The position numbers and the translations under genes were made by a program. A stretch of 32,000 bases of DNA, taken from the NCBI GenBank assembly GCA_004284765.1, contig NQJD01000002.1, positions 90,001-122,000 of the forward strand, in the 5' to 3' direction. Source of the stretch: Candidatus Electronema aureum (GTDB lineage Bacteria > Desulfobacterota > Desulfobulbia > Desulfobulbales > Desulfobulbaceae). Under the pieces are notes generated by a model, which had not been told where the DNA came from, ran no database searches, and was given only the letters and a program-made list of their open reading frames with translations. Shown here piece after piece: positions 25,022-32,000 of the stretch; within the stretch, counting starts at the first letter, position 1, and every line of letters begins with the position of its first letter.

Positions 25022-25057
25022 TCACCCCTCATCCTTGCTGCCGAAAGAAAAAATACC

Positions 25058-25768
25058 ATGAAAATCCTCATGATTGACGACGACCGGAAGCTCTGCCGCT
25101 TGGTGGCAGACTATCTGGAACCGATGGGCTACGACGTGGAGGCTGCGCACAGCGGCCCGGACGGACTGCGGGTGTTCCGCGCAGGCGAGTATCACGCGGT
25201 GATTCTCGATGTGATGCTACCGCAGATGGACGGTTTTGCAGTGCTGAAGGAGCTGCGCCGCGAGTCGGATATCCCGGTGTTGATGCTCACCGCGCGGGGC
25301 GAGGAAACCGACCGCATCGTCGGTTTAGAAATGGGCGCAGATGATTATCTGCCGAAAACTTTTTCCTCCCGTGAGCTGCTGGCTCGTCTCCGAGCTGTCA
25401 CCCGCCGTTGTCAGCTCACCGAAACCCGAAGCAGCTCTGAAGCAGCGGAGCAAACGCTGCGTTTCGCCGAGTTGCATATCGAGCAGAGTTCGCGCACCGT
25501 TCGCCTGCATGAAGAAACTCTCAGCCTCACCCCGGTGGAATACGACCTGCTGGCAACCTTAGCCCTATCCGCCGGACGAGTGCTGACGCGAGATCATTTG
25601 CTGGAAGCAGTTTCTGGGCGTAATTACGATGTCTTTGATCGATCTATTGATGTGCATATTTCCTCGCTGCGGCGCAAGCTGGGCGAAAACCCGCGCCAAC
25701 CGCGCTATATCCAGACCGTGCGCACCGCAGGTTACATGTTTATCGCCCCGCCAGAGACGCAGCCGTGA
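25058..25768 (+). CDS. OmpR/PhoB-family response regulator (CpxR-like)
   Basis: The receiver domain is MKILMIDDD..AVILDVMLPQMDG..LMLTARG..GLEMGADDYLPKTF and the winged-helix output is TPVEYDLL..VRTAGYMF. The start is set at the ATG at 25058. Confidence 0.9.
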   Translation: MKILMIDDDRKLCRLVADYLEPMGYDVEAAHSGPDGLRVFRAGEYHAVILDVMLPQMDGFAVLKELRRESDIPVLMLTARGEETDRIVGLEMGADDYLPKTFSSRELLARLRAVTRRCQLTETRSSSEAAEQTLRFAELHIEQSSRTVRLHEETLSLTPVEYDLLATLALSAGRVLTRDHLLEAVSGRNYDVFDRSIDVHISSLRRKLGENPRQPRYIQTVRTAGYMFIAPPETQP

Positions 25769-27195
25769 AAATCGCCTCCTCCCTGTTCGCCAAAATTCTG
25801 GCGTGGTTCTTCCTCAATTTGCTCCTGCTGACCGCTGTGCTGGTGGTCTTTTTTGCTGTGCAGCTCCAGATGAATCTGCATGAGTTCTTCGGCCATCAAG
25901 GGGCTAACCGCCTACGCAGTGCCGGAATGCTCATTACCCACGATCTGGAGCAAGCCCCGCCGGACGAATGGCCAGATATTCTCGCTCGCCATGCACAAAT
26001 TCACGGGGTAGATTTTCTGCTCGTCCTGCAAGAGGGTATCGTTTTTTCGCCGAACAAAGAAAAAGTCCCGGAAACGGTGTTGGTGAAGGCCAAAGAAATA
26101 CTACAACGACACGGGCCACAGGAAGGGCCAGAAGACTGCGCAGGCAAGCCACCTGAACTGCGGGGAAAAAGACCGCATTTGATCATACACAGCACTGACC
26201 CGTCTCGCTGGTGGTTTGGTATCCGAGTACCGATTTTTCTTGAAGCCTCAGAGCGGCATTTGCCCGCGATGCTGCTCGTTTCGTCCGCTTCCATCACCGG
26301 CAACGGCTTCTTTTTTGACCCGCTGCCGTGGATGGTGGTTGCTGCTGCCGTAATCGTGATCTCCGTACTGTTTTGGCTGCCGATGATTCGCAGTATTACC
26401 AATCCCTTGGTACGCATGACTCGCGCTGCCGAAGAAATCGCCAAAGGCAACTTTGCAGTTTCTATCCATGAACCAAGGGCGGACGAGATTGGGCGACTTG
26501 CCAGCACCATCAACCACATGACCGCCCGGCTTGCCGCCTTTGTCCAAGGCCAGAAACGCTTTCTTGGCGATGTCTCGCATGAATTGGGTTCGCCGGTGGC
26601 AAGGATTCAGTTTGGCCTCGGCATTCTGGAGCAGCGGTTAGAGAGCGCAAATCGCGAGCGAGTGCGGGACGTGATGGAGGATGTGGATCACATGGCAGCC
26701 TTGATCGGCGAGCTGCTGGCCTTCTCACGAGCGGAGATGAAATCTCAAGCAGTGAAGCTGGAGCGGATTGCTCTGCTACCGTTAGTGCAGACCGCTGTGC
26801 GGCGGGAAGCTGACGATGCAAAAATTCAGGTACACGTCGTGCCAGATCTGCATGTCACCGCCTCAGCTGAACTGCTGACTCGGGCTATTGCCAATCTCCT
26901 TAGAAATGCGGTCAAATACGCGGGTACTTCTGGCTCGATCACTGTTACCGCCCAGGAGCAGAGCGGGCAAGTTGAGATCACAGTTGCCGACTGCGGCCCC
27001 GGAGTAGCGGAGGAGCATCTTGATCGTCTCTTTGAACCCTTCTTTCGGCCAGAACCTTCCCGCGACCGCGACTCCGGTGGTGTGGGCTTGGGATTGGCTA
27101 TCGTCAAAACCTGTGTGGAAAGCTGCGGCGGCACGGTCGCGGCTCACAACCTTCAGCCACAAGGCTTTATGGTGACGGTGAAGTTGAAAGGCTGA
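25765..27195 (+). CDS. Sensor histidine kinase (two TM segments, periplasmic domain, HAMP, HisKA, HATPase_c)
   Basis: There is a GTGA overlap with the regulator gene. The H-box is FLGDVSHELGSPVA, the N-box is LLRNAVKY, and the G-boxes are DCGPGV and GGVGLGLAIV. Confidence 0.9.
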   Translation: MKIASSLFAKILAWFFLNLLLLTAVLVVFFAVQLQMNLHEFFGHQGANRLRSAGMLITHDLEQAPPDEWPDILARHAQIHGVDFLLVLQEGIVFSPNKEKVPETVLVKAKEILQRHGPQEGPEDCAGKPPELRGKRPHLIIHSTDPSRWWFGIRVPIFLEASERHLPAMLLVSSASITGNGFFFDPLPWMVVAAAVIVISVLFWLPMIRSITNPLVRMTRAAEEIAKGNFAVSIHEPRADEIGRLASTINHMTARLAAFVQGQKRFLGDVSHELGSPVARIQFGLGILEQRLESANRERVRDVMEDVDHMAALIGELLAFSRAEMKSQAVKLERIALLPLVQTAVRREADDAKIQVHVVPDLHVTASAELLTRAIANLLRNAVKYAGTSGSITVTAQEQSGQVEITVADCGPGVAEEHLDRLFEPFFRPEPSRDRDSGGVGLGLAIVKTCVESCGGTVAAHNLQPQGFMVTVKLKG

Positions 27196-27515
27196 TTGTG
27201 TATCTCTCCTGATTTATTTCTGTATAACAAGACACTGGATATCTTTTATGTGAAAAGGGGAAGGGATGCCGCCAATGCCTACTAACCTTTTCTTCTTGAT
27301 GAACGTTATGATTTTTTTTGATGAGCAGCCAAAGTAGATCACGGTGCGTTTTTGGACGATTTTTCTTGACAATAGACGGACAAACAATTAATAAGTGATT
27401 CACTTGTAGTCAAAAAGGTCAGACTGTTTTACAGACAGTGCTCGATTTGTAAAAGGATAGTTAAATCGGACAGTTGTTATTTAACCTGTCGTTATTTCAT
27501 AGAAATAGCAAGATG

Positions 27516-27544
27516 TTGTACGATTTTGCGGTCAATCTTATAAT
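27516..27544 (+). promoter_or_regulatory. Candidate sigma-70 promoter for aprBA
   Basis: TTGTAC (27516..27521), 17 nt spacer, perfect TATAAT (27539..27544), about 50 nt upstream of the aprB ATG. The AGGAGG RBS is at 27583..27588. Confidence 0.4.
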
Positions 27545-27594
27545 GTGGCGGCGTTCCTCGCTGTCATCAGGAAAATCCAATAGGAGGTAGTTAA

Positions 27595-28026
27595 ATGCCA
27601 AGTTTCGTCAATCCGGAAAAATGTGATGGTTGCAAGGGCGGCGATAAAACCGCCTGCATGTACATCTGCCCCAACGACCTGATGGTACTCAACGTTGAGG
27701 CGATGAAGGCCTACAATCAGGAGCCGGATGCATGCTGGGAGTGCTACTCCTGCGTCAAGATTTGCCCGCAGGGTGCAATCGCAGTTCGCGGCTATGATGA
27801 CTTCGTACCTATGGGCGGCCAAGTTCATCCGATGCGTTCTTCTGATTCCATCATGTGGACGATCAAATTCCGTAACGGCAACATCAAACGCTTCAAGTTT
27901 CCGATTCGCACCACCGCTGAAGGTTCTGCCAATGCCTACGCTGAAGCAAAAGGTACCAACCTTGATGACGAATGCCTGACGCTTGAGACTGCGCTGAAGG
28001 CTCCGACTATGCTCGCGAAGAAATAA
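27595..28026 (+). CDS. aprB: Adenylylsulfate (APS) reductase beta subunit
   Basis: MPSFVNPEKCDGCKG..CMYICPNDLM..CWECYSCVKICPQGAI contains the two ferredoxin-type clusters and the typical AprB opening. It lies directly upstream of aprA. Confidence 0.95.
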   Translation: MPSFVNPEKCDGCKGGDKTACMYICPNDLMVLNVEAMKAYNQEPDACWECYSCVKICPQGAIAVRGYDDFVPMGGQVHPMRSSDSIMWTIKFRNGNIKRFKFPIRTTAEGSANAYAEAKGTNLDDECLTLETALKAPTMLAKK

Positions 28027-28069
28027 ACAACTTTTAACTGAATCTGAACAGATAAAGGAGATATTGAAC

Positions 28070-30088
28070 ATGGCTTTACCTAACAAGCCGAAAGGCGAGC
28101 TGACTGCCATTGCCAATCCGGCAATTGTTGAACATAGCTGTGATGTGCTGATCGTCGGCGGCGGTATGTCCGCTTGCGGTGCAGCATTCGAGATCAAAAA
28201 GTGGGCACCTGCCGACATGAAGATCATCTTGGTTGATAAAGCCGCGATGATGCGTTCTGGCGCAGTTGCTCAGGGTCTGTCCGCTATCAACACCTACATC
28301 GGCGACAACGCGATTGAGAACTACGTCAAGATGGTTCGTAACGACCTGATGGGCGTTGTTCGTGAAGACCTGATCTACGATCTGGGCCGTCACGTGGATG
28401 AGTCTGTCAAGCTGTTTGAGGAGTGGGGTCTGCCGATTTGGAAGAAGGCTGAAGACGGCTCCAACTTAGATGGTGCCAAGCCTGCTAAGAGCCTGCGCGA
28501 TGGCGGTGTGCCAGTGCGTACTGGCAAATGGCAGATCATGATCAACGGTGAGTCCTACAAGTGCATCGTTGCTGAGGCTGCTAAGAAGGCGCTGGGCGAA
28601 GAAAACATCATGGAGCGCGTTTTCATCGTCAAGATGCTGTTGGACAAGAATCAGCCGAACACCATCGCTGGTGCAGTTGGTTTCTCCACTCGTGAGAACA
28701 AAGTTCACGTTTTCACCTGCAAGACCGCTATGGTTGCTTGCGGCGGCGCGGTTAACATCTTCCGTCCGCGTTCCACTGGCGAGGGCAAAGGCCGCGCATG
28801 GTATCCGGTATGGAACGCAGGTTCCACCTACACCATGTGCGCTCAGGTTGGCGCGACCTTAACCATGATGGAGAACCGCTTCACCCCGGCTCGTTTCAAA
28901 GACGGTTACGGTCCGGTTGGTGCATGGTTCCTCCTGTTCAAGGCTAAAGTATCCAACGGCAACGGCGAGTTCTATGCCATGGGCGATGCAGCCAAAGAAG
29001 AGCTGAAGAAGTTCATGCCCTACGGTGCTTCTGCGGTTACTCCGACCTGTCTGCGTAACCACCTGATGGTGAACGAGTTCAAAGCAGGCCGTGGCCCGGT
29101 GTACATGGCTACCGACGTAGCTCTGAACTCTTTCTTGGACGAGCTGCGCGCTCAGGGCAAGAACGAGAAGGATGTTGCCAAGTTCTGGAAGCATTTGGAG
29201 TCTGAGGCTTGGGAAGATTTCTTGGATATGTCCATCGGCCAAGCAGGTCTCTGGGCCGGTATGAACATCGAGCCGGAGAAAGTTGGTTCCGAGATCATGC
29301 CTACCGAACCCTACATGCTGGGTTCTCATTCCGGTTGCTGTGGTATCTGGACATCTGGCCCGAACGAGTCTTGGGTACCGGACGTTCAGGGCAAGCCGCG
29401 TTCGCATCAGTACAAGTGGGGCTACAACCGTATGACCACCGTCAACGGTATGTTCACTGCCGGTGACGGCGTGGGTGCTTCTGGTCATAAGTTCTCTTCC
29501 GGTTCCCATGCTGAAGGCCGCATCGTTGGCAAGCAGATGGTGAAGTACTGCCGTGACAACGCCAGCTTCAAGCCGGAGTTAGCACAGACTGCTGCTGAGT
29601 TGGCAGCGGAGATTTACGCTCCTGTAACTCGCTACCTGCAATATGTTGGTGCTTCCACTCATCAGGATGTCAACCCCAACTACTGCAAGCCGCAGGGCAT
29701 CATGATGCGCCTGATGAAGGCCACTGACGAGTACGGCGGCGGCGTTGCCACCTACTACATGACCTCTGGCAAGATGCTGAACATCTGCCTCGACCTTCTG
29801 CGGATGCTGCGCGAAGATGCTGAGAAGATGGCTGCCGGCGACCTGCATGAGCTGATGCGCGCTTGGGAGAACTATCACCGCATTTGGTGTGTAGAGACCC
29901 ACATTCGTCACATTGAGTTCCGCACTGAATCTCGTTACCCCGGATTCTACTATCGCTCCGACTACCCGACCGTTGATGATGCCAACTGGAAGGCATTCGT
30001 TAACTCTACCTTCAATCCTGCAACAAAGGAATGGAAGTGCGAGAAGGTCGAGTGCATCAACATTGTTGAGACCGAGCCTTGGATTTAA
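28070..30088 (+). CDS. aprA: Adenylylsulfate (APS) reductase alpha subunit
   Basis: The FAD-binding motif DVLIVGGGMSACGAA is present, and the length (~672 aa) and sequence are typical of AprA (e.g. WQIMINGESYK, LGSHSGCCGIW). The ATG at 28070, with AAGGAG upstream, is preferred over the TTG at 28064. Confidence 0.95.
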   Translation: MALPNKPKGELTAIANPAIVEHSCDVLIVGGGMSACGAAFEIKKWAPADMKIILVDKAAMMRSGAVAQGLSAINTYIGDNAIENYVKMVRNDLMGVVREDLIYDLGRHVDESVKLFEEWGLPIWKKAEDGSNLDGAKPAKSLRDGGVPVRTGKWQIMINGESYKCIVAEAAKKALGEENIMERVFIVKMLLDKNQPNTIAGAVGFSTRENKVHVFTCKTAMVACGGAVNIFRPRSTGEGKGRAWYPVWNAGSTYTMCAQVGATLTMMENRFTPARFKDGYGPVGAWFLLFKAKVSNGNGEFYAMGDAAKEELKKFMPYGASAVTPTCLRNHLMVNEFKAGRGPVYMATDVALNSFLDELRAQGKNEKDVAKFWKHLESEAWEDFLDMSIGQAGLWAGMNIEPEKVGSEIMPTEPYMLGSHSGCCGIWTSGPNESWVPDVQGKPRSHQYKWGYNRMTTVNGMFTAGDGVGASGHKFSSGSHAEGRIVGKQMVKYCRDNASFKPELAQTAAELAAEIYAPVTRYLQYVGASTHQDVNPNYCKPQGIMMRLMKATDEYGGGVATYYMTSGKMLNICLDLLRMLREDAEKMAAGDLHELMRAWENYHRIWCVETHIRHIEFRTESRYPGFYYRSDYPTVDDANWKAFVNSTFNPATKEWKCEKVECINIVETEPWI

Positions 30089-30178
30089 TCAAGGACTAAT
30101 GGCAGATTATGCAGCGGGTAAGAACTCACAGCTTTGTCAGTTCCTGTCCTGCGGCTGATTTGCCGTAAGGTGTCGTTG

Positions 30179-30225
30179 AATCTCCAAGTTCCTTCTGTTT
30201 GTGGGGGCTTGGAGATTTTTCTGTT
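30179..30225 (+). terminator. Hairpin plus U-tract between aprA and qmoA (possible partial terminator or attenuator)
   Basis: A 10-bp stem AATCTCCAAG (30179..30188) / CTTGGAGATT (30208..30217) with a 19-nt loop, followed by TTTCTGTT. Confidence 0.4.
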
Positions 30226-30344
30226 GTAAGCTGGAAAAATTCTGTTTGACTTGAGCTGCATATTTTTCTGTGATGCAATTCATGCACCTCAAGTGAACCA
30301 GAAATACCATTTTATCAATACCAGCAGTTTTATGGAGGTTTGGC

Positions 30345-31598
30345 ATGAGCAATGCTGCGAAAACTGGTGCAGTGCTGGTTGTAGGCGGCGGCATCAGCGG
30401 ATTAACCGCTGCGCTGGAAGCTGCGGAAGTAGGCAATGATGTGTTTCTTATTGACCGAAATCCGTACTTTGGTGGCCGCGTGGCCCAGCTTAATCAGTAC
30501 TTTCCAAAACTTTGTCCCCCGTCTTGCGGTTTGGAAATCAACTTCAAGCGCGTTAAGAACAATCGCAAAATTCGTACTTATACTTTAACTACGGTTAAGT
30601 CGGTCACAGGGGGGCCGGGCAATTACGAAGTGACGTTGGAAACCGCGCCGCGTTATGTCAACTCTAACTGCACGGCTTGCGGCGACTGCGCTCAAGTTTG
30701 CACCGACGAGATTGACAATGCCTTTAACTTTGGCATGAACAAAACCAAGGCGATTTATCTGCCGCACGAGATGGCCTTCCCGCGCCGTTATGTGTTGGCG
30801 AAAAATGCCTGTTCATCGCAATGTTTAGAAACGATCAAGGCAGCCTGTAAGTACAACGCCATTGACACCGAGATGCAGACGGAGACCTTTACGCTTCAGG
30901 TCGGTTCCATTGTCTGGGCCACTGGCTGGAATCCTTATGATGCCAGCAAGCTGACTAATCTCAAGCCGAATTCTTCCTCTGCGATCATCACCAACATGAT
31001 GATGGAGCGAATGGCAGCGGACAACGGACCTACCGGCGGCAAAATCGTCCGCCCGGGCGACAACAAGGAAATTGAGTCCATCGCCTTTGTCCAGTGTGCA
31101 GGTTCTCGCGACGAAAATCATCTGGAATACTGCTCCTACATCTGCTGCATGGCTACTTTCAAGCAGATGACCTATGTCCGCGAGCGGTATCCGAACGCCA
31201 AGATTTATGTCTTCTACATTGATCTGCGCACGCCGGGCAAGTACGAGCATTTCCGCGAGAAGCTGCGCACCGATGCCAACGCCCAGTTTATCAAAGGCAA
31301 AGTGGCAGACATCGTTGCTGAAAGTGACGGCGGCGTAACCGTGGTGGCTGAAAACGCCGTTACTGGTGCAAAAATTCGGCAGAAAGTTGATATGTGCGTC
31401 TTGGCAACTGGAATGCAGCCCGCGTTGGGCGAGCAGGGCAAGGCACTCGGCCTGAAAATGGACGGCAATGGTTTTGTGGTTTCCGAGCCTGAGAAAGGCA
31501 TGATCGCCGCAGGTTGCGCTAAATCAGCCGCCGATGTCTATACCTGTACCCAGTCTGCGACTGCCGCAGCCCTGAAAGCCATCCAGACCGCACAGTAG
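30345..31598 (+). CDS. qmoA: Quinone-interacting membrane-bound oxidoreductase subunit A (HdrA-like flavoprotein)
   Basis: The FAD motif VLVVGGGISGLTAALEAAE and an HdrA-like Cys pattern are present. It occupies the conserved position after aprBA and before qmoB. Confidence 0.9.
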   Translation: MSNAAKTGAVLVVGGGISGLTAALEAAEVGNDVFLIDRNPYFGGRVAQLNQYFPKLCPPSCGLEINFKRVKNNRKIRTYTLTTVKSVTGGPGNYEVTLETAPRYVNSNCTACGDCAQVCTDEIDNAFNFGMNKTKAIYLPHEMAFPRRYVLAKNACSSQCLETIKAACKYNAIDTEMQTETFTLQVGSIVWATGWNPYDASKLTNLKPNSSSAIITNMMMERMAADNGPTGGKIVRPGDNKEIESIAFVQCAGSRDENHLEYCSYICCMATFKQMTYVRERYPNAKIYVFYIDLRTPGKYEHFREKLRTDANAQFIKGKVADIVAESDGGVTVVAENAVTGAKIRQKVDMCVLATGMQPALGEQGKALGLKMDGNGFVVSEPEKGMIAAGCAKSAADVYTCTQSATAAALKAIQTAQ

Positions 31599-31612
31599 GA
31601 GGAAAAAAATCA

Positions 31613-32000
31613 ATGAATAAAGTATATGGTGCGTATCTCTGCACAGGCTGCGGCATTGGCAATATTCTTGATGCCGAGGGGCTGAAAACCGCCGCTTCCG
31701 AAACCGGCATTGAGATGCAGGAGCATGACTGCCTTTGCGGCGCTGAAGGACTGGCTCTGATCAACAAGGACATTGCTGATCAGGGCGTAAATACAATAGT
31801 GGTTTGTGCTTGCTCGCCACGTGTAATGCAGGACGTGTTCAGCTTCGGCAAGAACACCATCACCATCCGGGGCAACCTGCGCGAGCAGGTTGCTTGGGTT
31901 GCCGGTGATGCTGAGAAGGGCGACGAGTTCATTCAGGAGCTGGGCGAGGACTATGTCCGCATGGCCGTCACCCGCGCTCAGAAGAGCGAGCTGCCCAAGC
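31613..32000 (+). CDS. qmoB: Qmo subunit B (HdrA-like), N-terminal part; runs off the right edge
   Basis: GGAGG lies upstream of the ATG at 31613. The frame MNKVYGAYLCTGCGIGNILDAEGL...VVCACSPRV... is open to the window end. Its position follows qmoA. Confidence 0.85.
   Translation, partial: MNKVYGAYLCTGCGIGNILDAEGLKTAASETGIEMQEHDCLCGAEGLALINKDIADQGVNTIVVCACSPRVMQDVFSFGKNTITIRGNLREQVAWVAGDAEKGDEFIQELGEDYVRMAVTRAQKSELPK

Noticed and set aside
27366-27394. A second possible aprB promoter: TTGACA (27366..27371), 17 nt spacer, TAATAA.
   Set aside because: The -10 matches only 3 of 6 positions and would imply a ~200-nt leader. It was kept as a note only, and the TATAAT-containing candidate at 27516..27544 is preferred.
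27538-29509. Minus-strand ORFs of 229 aa, 105 aa, 80 aa and 216 aa inside aprB and aprA.
   Set aside because: They are antisense to highly conserved aprBA coding sequence and show no motifs, so they are typical shadow frames.

Overview
The window looks like a chromosomal segment from a sulfate-reducing or sulfur-cycling Desulfobacterota (deltaproteobacterial) genome. That placement is inferred from aprBA-qmoAB, an lptAB-rpoN-ptsN cluster and typical gene order. About two thirds is ordinary housekeeping: argB, a DUF1015 gene, lptA-lptB-rpoN-ptsN, mtaB, cinA, ispE, tRNA-Gln, prs, rplY, pth, carD, rluD, coaE, an OmpR/HK two-component pair, aprB-aprA and qmoA-qmoB. Two regions are not ordinary. 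(1) Positions 1..4800, minus strand, hold a tightly coupled four-gene operon. It encodes a 90-aa WXG100-like helical hairpin protein, a 388-aa modular protein with a similar N-terminus and an unassigned C-terminal domain, a 78-aa helical protein, and a membrane-anchored ATPase with three tandem FtsK/SpoIIIE-like P-loop domains (EssC/EccC-like). This is a type VII secretion-like signature in a host that also encodes LptA/LptB and therefore has an outer membrane. The ATPase reading frame breaks before its third domain, and its N-terminal membrane module is strikingly AT-rich. (2) Positions 18.85..25.03 kb form a compositionally mosaic accessory island. It contains decayed IS5-type, IS1 and IS30 elements, an orphan low-GC GNAT gene, and a membrane-protein plus KLC-type TPR gene pair that share a short QSP..GG.VT..YG motif. 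The membrane gene's leader carries a 20-21 nt exact copy of a 28-nt perfect palindrome that sits in front of the T7SS-like ATPase gene, at the same 20-nt distance from the start codon. No CRISPR array, rRNA or intact prophage was seen. All functional calls come from reading the translated ORFs and motifs by eye; no database search was run.
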